A stretch of DNA of 64,000 nt, taken from the NCBI GenBank assembly GCA_946965045.2, contig OX337232.1, positions 2,480,001 through 2,544,000 of the forward strand. Reading direction: 5' to 3'. The DNA is from Epithemia pelagica. Its lineage: Eukaryota > Protista > Bacillariophyta. Under the pieces are notes generated by a model that searched no databases, was not told the origin of the DNA, and saw only the letters and a program-made list of their open reading frames with translations. The position numbers were made by a program, and so were the translations under genes. Of this stretch, positions 55,426 through 64,000 are shown piece after piece. Each line of letters begins with the position of its first letter. Within the stretch, counting starts at the first letter, position 1.

Positions 55426-58400
55426 CTCCCCACAGCTCGTTGGTTCAGCCTTGTCATCGCTGGATTCGTAGAGATCTTGAACTTCTCCTCTCCAAAACAA
55501 TAGGGGCTTGAGTAGAGGCCAAATAGTTGCAAATTCCCAATGCTTGCTGAGGATGTCGGCAGGGTTGGTCTTCCCATCCTTCCAATCGAATGCAACGTAT
55601 TGCGCTGCTATCGCTTCTCGTACCCGGTGATATGAAAGGAGATGATGTCTCTTGGACAAGATAGAATGAGGCATTGTTGCGTTAACAACCACAGATCGAT
55701 TGTCTCCAAACAGATAACTGCGATCCCTGATTGGTACTCCAAGGTAACGAAGTGAATGCCGTAATTCAGTGATTTGGTCGACTGCTGTCCTTGCTGCCAC
55801 AAATTCTGATCCATATGTTGCCGTTTCCACAGTGCTCTGTCGTTTGCTGTACCAATCAATTGGTGTCCCATTCAAGAGATGCAGGATGGCTGTTACAGAC
55901 TTTCCTGTGATCATGTTGTGCATAAGGTTAGCATCAACATAGTGCGTTGTCGTCACATATTGTCCAAGTGGTTCTGGGCAATCATGAGGGATGTATTCCT
56001 TGGCATCTGAATAGACCGTACGACTCCAATCAAAGTCTTGACTTGGAATGCTTGAGAAATCGGGCTCTCCGATTCGGAATCTGATTGCACCATCAGAAAG
56101 ATTGAAAAGGTATCCATAGATGCGTTTAGCTCTGTTGAGATGTCCCTGTCTTGGAGCGTCGCGGAACCTGGAAAGGGTCATCGTAGCAGTAAAAACATCA
56201 GAGCGACCAATTGTAATCACCCACTGAAGCTGTCCAATCAAGGTCTGGAAGTGCTGTGTACCTTCTTCATCAAGGAGTTCGGTGTCGTCCAATTCCGGGT
56301 GATCACCAGCAATGAGAGGGGTTTTAGCCTTCTTGGGTTTCTCTTTGAAGATACGTTCGAAGGTGTCCATCATTTTGCTAATGTATCGGCGTGGATCAGA
56401 GACTAGGGTTCCGTCAGGGTCCTTGGTGTACCGGCATCCCAGGTGATAGTCAATAGGTCCATCTCCCTTAAGCTTGAAGTTGTACTTTTCCTTGAAGACT
56501 TTGCAAATGTTTCCAGGGTCAGTAGCTATGATGGCTAAGTCATCCACATATACGGCGATGTATTCGTAGCAATCCTCCCCAGGTGCTTTTCTCATCCAAA
56601 TGTCAGGATCTGCCTTGCTTGGTGAGAAACCCATATCGGTGAGGACGTCAAAAAGGACATCATGCCATCGTGCACCTGAAGATTTGAGACCATAGAGGGC
56701 CTTGTAGATGATGAGGATGTGACCTTCTAGCTCCTTGAACTCGGGTCCTGCCACAATATATAACTTCTCCCCAGTCAATGCTTCAAGATACGCATTCCCA
56801 ATGTCTGCTCCCCATACTTCTAGATCGTTCAGAGATCCAAGGAATAAAGCAATTCGTAGGTTGCAAATAGAAACAACTCCAGAGTAGATCGTTTCCACAG
56901 GTTCCTTCGTCAAGTGTCCATCTGCAACAAGTCGTGCCTTGTGCCTACCATCATGTTTCACATCAAAAACGAGATGCACTCGAATCTTTTGATATCCCTC
57001 AGGTGCATTTGATACCTTGCCATTTGTGAAGATGGCCTTCCCATGGTCCTTGAATGTCTCATATGATTGTATCTGAGACAGTTCCAATTCAGTTGCGTCT
57101 TGCCACCTTGTGGTACCATTTTGTTTGTCAAGATTGACAGCCTCGGCGTAATCTCGAGGGACTTGGAATCCAAACTTATACTTGACTGATCGACGTACTT
57201 GTTTGATCCTTGATTGTTTTGCAGCACGTATCAGGCGTTTACTCGTCTTGACGTAGCGTTTCAGGTGTTTCCATCCTGGTTCGTTGAGGAGCCCATGCTT
57301 CTTTCCATATATGGCAACGGTGATTGGGTCCTCGTTGGCAATAAGGGAGAGTGGTTCATAGGTTGTCTCCCCAGTTTCCCAATCCACAAGCAAGTTATAC
57401 TTACTCCCCTTATAATCCGGGTCGGTTGAAGACAGTGGGCCTTGATGTGCAATAACATCCCTGAAACGGAACAAATTATCTCCCGAGGTCTGCGCTTGAT
57501 TGTCCCTCTCAATATACTCCATCAACTGGTTATAAGAGATCATTTCATCAACGTCAGAATTTGTCTTGCGGCAGATGTACTTGATGCGTTCTTCTTGCTT
57601 GAGTGATTCTTCATTAAGATCTACAACTCGTTTGACAACGCGTGCTCGATGACGCTCCCCATTTTCTTCAGTGTCGCATAGGAAAGTGCGTCCTATCATG
57701 TCTTCGTAATCGATTGTAGGCATTGGTTTGGATGGATCTTCACTTTTACTGCGAATGAAGACAGTGTCAGCCTGCTTATCAGTGTCATCTTTCGGAGACG
57801 TCTCCCCTGAAGGTCGATCCACACGAAGGTTGGGTGTAGTGGAAGCGACACGGCGAACAGCGGAACGGTAGAGGATATGGTTGTCAGCAGACAAAATCTT
57901 CCATGTAAAAGCATCACCAACGTTGTGAGCAAAACCAACCCAATGGCCAAGTTTCTCATCGGTCGAAGAAGGGTAGGGACCAGACGACGGTTCGGAGGGG
58001 TCAACACGATAGTAGACTTCATCCCAGAAGGGAAAGAACAGGAGGTGCGAAATGTCGGGAGGGTGACCGGTGAGAGCCTCAATAGGAGTACGTCCAGAGT
58101 GTGCATGTGAAGAAGAATGATTCAATAAGTCACAGACATATTCAAGGCAAAGTAACCAAACATTGGCCGGGCATCCAGTTGCATTCATGATAGCGTTTGT
58201 CATTCGTTTAACGGTCTGATAACGATTCTCGGCTTTGTTCTGATGCTGGTGGTATGGTTCAGAGCGATACTCCCCGATGAGCAAGGTGCGAAGGATATCC
58301 TTAACCTTATGGGAAATGAGAGATGAACCCCCATCACTAATGAGTGTCTCCATAACACCTCGCATGCGTATATTGTCTTGAAGAGTGTTCACAAATTGCT

Positions 58401-61089
58401 TGGTAGACTTGATACCGTAAATATCAGTGACAAGAGTATCGCGGCCAACAAAAATTTGAGCCACCTTTCCACCATGATCAACAGCAGGTGTATCAGAAAA
58501 GATTGAATCGGTAGCAACGGGTTCATGACGACGTGGTAGATTCAGGATAGGGTTGCGTGCCTTGAAATGTTTCTTGAGAGTGTCACAGTCGAAAATCACA
58601 TTAGCATGTCGTGTAGTATGCTTGAAAGTATCGGCAATAACTTCCTCGGATTGCCAACCAAAGAAGGGACGAAATTGTTTCCAATCATGTTCTTCCACAT
58701 AACGACGATGGACAGATGCATGTTGAAGGGTTGGGTCTTCACCATTAGCATCAGCATAGATAGAGAAATATGTGGTGTTGTCGGGTCCGTGGTCATAAGG
58801 AAGGTCAAGGAGAAGATTGAGATTGCAGACAACACGATCAGTGTACTCCCCATACGTGTCATATGGATAATGTGCCATACTGCCGTCGGTCGCAACCTGA
58901 TGCCATGTAGTAGAAGCATCATGCTGTGGATCTGAATGAGTATGGTCAAGAACAGAGGGGTCCCAAGTAGATGGCGAAGTAAAGATGATTTGCGGCAATC
59001 GGTCCATGTCATCATCAGAAGGGATACCTAATGAGTGGATAAAGGCAAGTCCATCCTTGATACACAGAGGTAAAGCACGTCCATCAAGGGTAGTGATACG
59101 TTGCTTTCCATCCACCTTGACAGAACGTTCATCCACAGATAGCCCATAATGTTCCAATTGACAAGGCGCATGTATAGACTGTCCTTTTCCATAGTATGCA
59201 TATTCGTTGAAGATACCAACGATTGGTCCATCATTAGTTTCAAACTTGGCAGCACAAGTGACAATGGGGAGACCAGTAAGTTCATGGTTGTCGATTCCCA
59301 CAATCGTGATGTTACGACCTGTCTTGGAAAGGATACGCATATCAGCTCCGGCTAAACCACCATTGGCACCACGATCAATGAGTTGATTCCCAGTATAAGT
59401 CGACTTTCGAGAGAACATATATTGAGTCATGTGGACCTTCTGCTTGTGCTCATTCTGTTTGAAACTAACTTTCTTACTCGTCTTGGATGCGGCATTGGAT
59501 AGAACATTAGACAAATCAGAAGCTGGGTGATTGAGGTCGGTTGACGTCATTGCTTGATGGATGAGATGGGTGGCTGGATCGGAATCGTCCTGCGGATATG
59601 TGGGGTTGTCCAGGTCATCGAAAACATCTTGACCAGGGTCAGGATCAGGTTCAGGATCAATGTCAAGGGAGTGTTGCTGTACTTTTCTTGGACTCGGAGT
59701 AGAAGCTTGCACGTTCTTGTTATACTCAACAATCATCTTGCGAGCATCCTCAGGAAGTTTAAACCATAGGTCACGAGGAAGACTGGCTTTTGGAGATGCC
59801 GTGTTATCATCTTGGACATTGGTATTGTTTATCTGATATGCATCGCCTTCCTGAAGGGATCCCTCAATATCATGTTGTGTTTCGTGTTGCTCGTGTTGCT
59901 TGACACTACGACGACGACCAGTTGCAGAAGATTGCGTGACTTGATCATGGTCATATGCTGCGTCCATCAAAATGGAGAAGTACGACTGATAACATAAAGA
60001 CTTTGCTCCAGACTTTGTGTTGACGACGTTGTCCAAGATTTTAACTCTGCGAAGGTCAGGTACCTTCTCGACAGCTTGCATAAGAAACGTCATCCTGGTG
60101 TGATCAGGTATGCGATCAGAGAGATCAACAAGGTTATCGAGTAAACGTAGTTTGTCTTGGAAATGAAGCAAAAATTGACGTGATGATCCACGCCATGTAT
60201 CATCGAGGCGAAGGTTGGAGATGTGATTGGTTAATCGTAAGACCTCTCGTTTCGCTAAGTCTGACTTCGTATGCAATGTGTGAAGCTTCTGTAACACTGC
60301 TCGTGCGTCTTCATCATGTTCATGTTCGCAAACATAAGCTCTTCCTTGATCAGTCTGGATGATGCGCACAAGGACGGAGTATAGGAAGATTTGTTGCTCT
60401 TGGAAAAGTTCTGTTGCATACGTATCATTCGTCGGCGGCTTGTATCGGAAGTCAAGAACATTAGATAAACCTTGGGCTTTTGCTGTGGTCTTGAAAGTCC
60501 TCCAGAACGTGTCGTAGTATCGTTCATCCTTGAATGTTTCATATGCCATAGCGTCACGCTTGGTTCCCTTCTTGAATGCGGTTAGGTCCAGTTGGGACTG
60601 TGATGCAGCAGAAGTAGTACTAAACGATTTGGGTGACGTCGAATGGGATGGAGATTTCATAGGTGATACTGGGTCATTGATAGGGCTTCCGGAGCGAAAG
60701 TCAGTCTTTATCCTCCATAGATCAAATTCTGCCTTGGTCAGATTCATCCAGGTTGCCTTGGAAGGTATACCCTGAATGTCGATACTCGTTTGTCGGAACC
60801 AATGGGCAAGCAACTTGATCTGCTGGCTTGTATTGACATGTAGGTCGTGCATTTGTTTTCCTGACTTGTATTTTGTCATACTATCCATGTTCTTCTCAGG
60901 GTCAATTGCCATATGTTCAATGATACTAAGGATATCATCAAAAGCATGATGGTGCATCCATTTCACAAGTACATCGACCCTTTCCTTGGAAAAGTTGAAC
61001 AACACCTGAGTAATATGATCAAAGACTTCTTGATCAGATATACTTTGATTGGTGTTGAACTCTGGTGTGGTCGGTGTAGTTGGTTCCAT
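55423..61089 (-). CDS. Copia Gag-Pol polyprotein (1888 aa)
   Basis: LIDRGANGG (protease), ATDSIFS/ISDG/KAENRYQTVKR (integrase), HKARLVADG, LYGLKSSGARW, YVDDL (RT), YVDAN/GSEFVA/GDNRSV/NPADILSK (RNase H). Confidence 0.96.
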   Translation of the reverse strand: MEPTTPTTPEFNTNQSISDQEVFDHITQVLFNFSKERVDVLVKWMHHHAFDDILSIIEHMAIDPEKNMDSMTKYKSGKQMHDLHVNTSQQIKLLAHWFRQTSIDIQGIPSKATWMNLTKAEFDLWRIKTDFRSGSPINDPVSPMKSPSHSTSPKSFSTTSAASQSQLDLTAFKKGTKRDAMAYETFKDERYYDTFWRTFKTTAKAQGLSNVLDFRYKPPTNDTYATELFQEQQIFLYSVLVRIIQTDQGRAYVCEHEHDEDARAVLQKLHTLHTKSDLAKREVLRLTNHISNLRLDDTWRGSSRQFLLHFQDKLRLLDNLVDLSDRIPDHTRMTFLMQAVEKVPDLRRVKILDNVVNTKSGAKSLCYQSYFSILMDAAYDHDQVTQSSATGRRRSVKQHEQHETQHDIEGSLQEGDAYQINNTNVQDDNTASPKASLPRDLWFKLPEDARKMIVEYNKNVQASTPSPRKVQQHSLDIDPEPDPDPGQDVFDDLDNPTYPQDDSDPATHLIHQAMTSTDLNHPASDLSNVLSNAASKTSKKVSFKQNEHKQKVHMTQYMFSRKSTYTGNQLIDRGANGGLAGADMRILSKTGRNITIVGIDNHELTGLPIVTCAAKFETNDGPIVGIFNEYAYYGKGQSIHAPCQLEHYGLSVDERSVKVDGKQRITTLDGRALPLCIKDGLAFIHSLGIPSDDDMDRLPQIIFTSPSTWDPSVLDHTHSDPQHDASTTWHQVATDGSMAHYPYDTYGEYTDRVVCNLNLLLDLPYDHGPDNTTYFSIYADANGEDPTLQHASVHRRYVEEHDWKQFRPFFGWQSEEVIADTFKHTTRHANVIFDCDTLKKHFKARNPILNLPRRHEPVATDSIFSDTPAVDHGGKVAQIFVGRDTLVTDIYGIKSTKQFVNTLQDNIRMRGVMETLISDGGSSLISHKVKDILRTLLIGEYRSEPYHQHQNKAENRYQTVKRMTNAIMNATGCPANVWLLCLEYVCDLLNHSSSHAHSGRTPIEALTGHPPDISHLLFFPFWDEVYYRVDPSEPSSGPYPSSTDEKLGHWVGFAHNVGDAFTWKILSADNHILYRSAVRRVASTTPNLRVDRPSGETSPKDDTDKQADTVFIRSKSEDPSKPMPTIDYEDMIGRTFLCDTEENGERHRARVVKRVVDLNEESLKQEERIKYICRKTNSDVDEMISYNQLMEYIERDNQAQTSGDNLFRFRDVIAHQGPLSSTDPDYKGSKYNLLVDWETGETTYEPLSLIANEDPITVAIYGKKHGLLNEPGWKHLKRYVKTSKRLIRAAKQSRIKQVRRSVKYKFGFQVPRDYAEAVNLDKQNGTTRWQDATELELSQIQSYETFKDHGKAIFTNGKVSNAPEGYQKIRVHLVFDVKHDGRHKARLVADGHLTKEPVETIYSGVVSICNLRIALFLGSLNDLEVWGADIGNAYLEALTGEKLYIVAGPEFKELEGHILIIYKALYGLKSSGARWHDVLFDVLTDMGFSPSKADPDIWMRKAPGEDCYEYIAVYVDDLAIIATDPGNICKVFKEKYNFKLKGDGPIDYHLGCRYTKDPDGTLVSDPRRYISKMMDTFERIFKEKPKKAKTPLIAGDHPELDDTELLDEEGTQHFQTLIGQLQWVITIGRSDVFTATMTLSRFRDAPRQGHLNRAKRIYGYLFNLSDGAIRFRIGEPDFSSIPSQDFDWSRTVYSDAKEYIPHDCPEPLGQYVTTTHYVDANLMHNMITGKSVTAILHLLNGTPIDWYSKRQSTVETATYGSEFVAARTAVDQITELRHSLRYLGVPIRDRSYLFGDNRSVVVNATMPHSILSKRHHLLSYHRVREAIAAQYVAFDWKDGKTNPADILSKHWEFATIWPLLKPLLFWRGEVQDLYESSDDKAEPTSCGE

Positions 61090-61259
61090 GATTGCTTGAC
61101 TTGGTGATAAGATATGTTGATATGTGTCCTGTGATGTCTTAGTCGAAAACTTTAGTTATAACTTGTAACCCGGATGTGTGGTGTGCCTTGTGAACCCGGA
61201 TGTGCCACGTATGTCCACGTGTGATGTGATGTCCGAAAGGTAACCCGGATGTGCGGAAC

Positions 61260-62045
61260 AAAGTCTCATGGATGACAAGTAGTAGAATTCCGTCAGTACA
61301 CGCTCTAGAAGAGCCACAATCGATTACCAACTGATACCAAGGTTCTCCACGGGTCAGAGAACAAAGGAAACCCAAGGGTTCTATCGTAGGGATAGTCAGG
61401 ACACTGAAGACGTGATGATATGGTAATGTTAATGATTGTGAGCTTACTACTAGGTTTGGTGTGTGAGATTTCCATTCTTGTTGTCGATCGTGTGAAATAG
61501 GTTCTTGGCGGTGATAGGTCTGGAATGGTTGGAGTTGATGTATGTGAGGTATATAACATGTATATGTGCTTGTATATCATATACAGCCTCAACGATTCTT
61601 GGCTAAAGTTGGTATGTGTAGTTTTGTTGGCGCGTCCTTGTTTGCAATCTTGAAATAGTGGGAACGATGATATGGTCTCGCGTGATCGTGATTCGTGCCT
61701 TGTGTACTTAGACCGTTGGGTCGGATACATGATCGCCACGCTCGGATAGTTCTTGCGCGCATCTTGACGAATTTGGGCGCGCACGCTTAGGGCATAGGTC
61801 AGGCTCGGATGTTCAACGGATGATCATCCGTTGATGGGATATCAAGACCAAAGTTGATTCTTGATAGCACGTTCGTCAATCTGTTCTCACTTTTTGGTAT
61901 ATGCGACCGAAATATAGGTTGAGCTAGCGCGAAGCTAGGTATGTAGTGTGGATGTAGGTGATGTAGGTGATGTTTGAAGCCACGGGACTCGACTAACCGA
62001 TGAGGTGCCGAACCTAACCGATGATTTTCGGTGAGAGTTCTACTA
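61260..62045 (-). repeat. 5' LTR
   Basis: Direct repeat of 54640-55425. Confidence 0.92.
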
Positions 62046-62346
62046 ACAAGCACTGGCGTTATACTACTAGTAAATAAACAAAAGAAGGTCTAGAGTATAG
62101 AGTATGTATTTTAATGCAATCAAAGTTATGGGGCTCAGCAAAAACCAGTCATTTCTGTTCGACAAGAATGAACACTGGCAAGTAATGAGCTGCCCAGCGA
62201 CTAAACAGATGAGTAGCGTCTCACACGAGCAGAGCAAACAAAAGTGGCAAGTGGCAGTGAGCATGACTGATGTCATTGACAACATGGCAATTGGCAATGG
62301 ATCAAGCTCACCTGGAAAGCCAGTAACATTCGTAAGTACCTACCTA

Positions 62347-62781
62347 CCGTAATTTGCGGATTCCTGGACCCCACAGAGTCCTGGACCCCCCGCTCCCCTT
62401 AAACGTACATGGCCCCCTAACTTTTGATCTGTAGGTTCTTTCCGGGTTTTAGGGTTACCTCCACATTCCTCACGTTTCGAGCTTTCTATCGCACTGGCTA
62501 ACATTAGATGGGAGTGAATCAAAGAGGAGAAACAAGAGATACAGCATGATGGGTAGTATTGTTAGGGTTAAGGCTACGCTTGGAAGCACGGTGATATCCC
62601 TTACTGGAATAGTGCGACCAACCGTTCTCTACAACTCCGATGTTTATCATGAAATTTACTATCAAGTTAATTGTACACTGTGAATGGAATCTTAAAAAAA
62701 ATTATCGAAAATTGTGGAGTTCTGGACCCCCCCAAGTTGTTTCATGCACATTCCTGGGGTCCAGGACTCCGCAAATTACGG
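62347..62781. mobile_element. Tc1/mariner-type MITE, 435 bp
   Basis: 27-bp TIRs CCGTAATTTGCGGA(T/G)TCCTGGACCCCA with TA on both sides (62345-46; 62782-83). Confidence 0.88.
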
Positions 62782-63346
62782 TAGTAAGTACGATGTGCTT
62801 TGGCAAAAGAAAAGAGAATTGTGAGCCTGCCCCAAATTATGCAACAACCAACCGCCATCCACGCAGGGGACGCTTGTTGGGCTTGCGTCCGCTTCAAACG
62901 TCGAAAAATTCAGCTGGGCATGCGTGTCAATTTGCAATTTGATAATTTCTATTTGCATCAAAAGCGAAAAATGCTGTCTGTGTCCACTTGGGAACCTGTG
63001 AAGGTGGCACAGACAAAAAACAGCTTAGCAGTGGACACTGATACCGAGGGATCCGTGCTGTCTGGGCTTTATTTTGTTTTGGTAATTGTGCCTAACGCTG
63101 TCCTTACGCATTCGCAAAACAAATCCAAAAGACCGCGCCTTTTCGAATCCTCTCCCCCATCCTCCCCCAGTCTTCACTGACTACTAAAACTTTTGGGTAC
63201 GAAGACAGCGACACCTTAGGCCATTGACGTTAGGGATACCGTTGTAGTCGAACGCCCGCTCGCCATGTCGAACGCCCGCCTGACATATCGAAACTGTATG
63301 TTACGCATACACTATCATAGGTACAACACTATCCCTAATGTATTTC

Positions 63347-63399
63347 CCGGATTTGTCGCTCGCAAATCCGGAGGCCCGGATTTGTTCGAACAAATCCGG
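63347..63399. repeat. Two adjacent hairpins: 9-bp stem-loop and a perfect 24-bp palindrome
   Basis: CCGGATTTG-tcgctcg-CAAATCCGG (63347-63371) and CCGGATTTGTTCGAACAAATCCGG (63376-63399). Confidence 0.9.
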
Positions 63400-63498
63400 A
63401 GAGGCCATATTACCCGGATATATGACGTCAACGTGACGCAAATTGATGACGTGTACGGTATCGGGATTTGGTTTTGCGAGCTAAAGGAACAGCCTTAG

Positions 63499-64000
63499 GC
63501 AACAACGGCTGCTCCATTGTCCGTTGATGCTTGATGTATCGTCCGTTACCCCCAAGCAGGGGTGAGTCAGTCACGCGTGATTGGATGCACGATGTGCATC
63601 CGTATACTCACCCCCTTGGCTCGACCTGGTCGCTCTCGACATTGATACAAATTTCTAAAAACCACATTGTACCTCCACACATCCATCACGGTGGTGGAGG
63701 TGCAGTGGTATCCAAACGACCTACATCATGTCTTCTTCTTCACATAAATCACTTGCAGAGTCCATCAATGTCGATAGGGTGGCTTCGGGCGCCAAGGAAG
63801 ACTTCCAGGCTGCCCGAGAAGCCACCAGCTCGTTAAAAAGTTCAGTACGATGAGAAACACTAAGAAAATCCAGCAACATGCGATACATTCAGCAATCAAA
63901 GACTATTTCGACAAATCGTCGCTGAAGATCCATCTACGAATAAGATGCACCATAGTCCCTCAAAATGTGTCAACGTTTGGACAAGGTGTCCATAAAAGCA
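63499..64000 (+). pseudogene. Probable downstream exons of the host gene begun at 49319, decayed
   Basis: Phase-compatible continuation after the last TTAG, a GTGAGT donor at 63562 and a CAG acceptor at 63758; several in-frame stops. Confidence 0.35.

Larger units (their letters stand above)
54640..62045 (-). mobile_element. Ty1/Copia LTR retrotransposon (CoDi-like), full length
   Basis: 786-bp direct repeats at offset 6620 flank a single gag-pol ORF with PR-IN-RT-RH order. Confidence 0.96.
53840..63050. mobile_element. Non-autonomous DNA element with ~90-bp TIRs (CCCTCGGTATC...), superfamily unknown
   Basis: 53840-53929 and 62961-63050 are inverted copies with about 4 mismatches; no TSD found. 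Confidence 0.85.
53819..63494. mobile_element. Harbinger-type non-autonomous element expanded by nested insertions
   Basis: 21-bp TIRs GGC(CAA/TGT)TCCTTTAGCTCGCAA (53819-53839; 63474-63494); TTA at 53816-18 and 63495-97. Confidence 0.75.

Noticed and set aside
550-63527. Stop-codon reassignment or programmed readthrough as an explanation for the in-frame stops
   Set aside because: All three stop types occur, frameshifts accompany them, and intact genes here end in TAA (8546), TGA (15399) and TAG (32326).
1-64000. CRISPR arrays, rRNA/tRNA genes, prokaryotic operons or defence systems
   Set aside because: No repeat-spacer periodicity or RNA-gene signatures seen; the DNA is intron-containing eukaryotic sequence.

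Overview
Eukaryotic nuclear DNA, most consistent with a diatom. Evidence: short GT-AG introns of about 60-80 nt, signal peptides followed by AF/AW/GF plastid-type motifs, a Cys-repeat 7TM receptor and a CoDi-like Copia element. About 16 apparently intact host genes are present: patatin lipase, SpoU methyltransferase, HD-domain protein, DEAD-box helicase, PUB-domain membrane protein, Zn-finger/CMD fusion, LSMT-like SET protein, S8 protease, SURF6, cupin, OPR-like protein, carrier protein, group XII PLA2, GT32 and Nudix. They lie among three mobile or decaying zones. (1) 1-5.4 kb: gene relics, including a GPCR pseudogene and an ORF broken by a TSD-flanked microsatellite. (2) 15884-24217: two near-identical head-to-tail 4167-bp units encoding a 1147-aa DDE-like protein, with no TIRs or TSD, and a TATA/CCAAT promoter-like block that lies upstream of the ORF only across the unit junction. 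(3) 49628-63494: a 14-kb stack of PIF/Harbinger-type elements chained through shared TTA sites, apparently inserted in the TTAG acceptor of a host intron. Nested in the stack are a 90-bp-TIR element lacking a TSD, an intact Copia with non-TG/CA LTR ends and a Tc1/mariner-type MITE. No rRNA, tRNA or CRISPR array was seen. All family assignments come from motifs read by eye; no database search was run.
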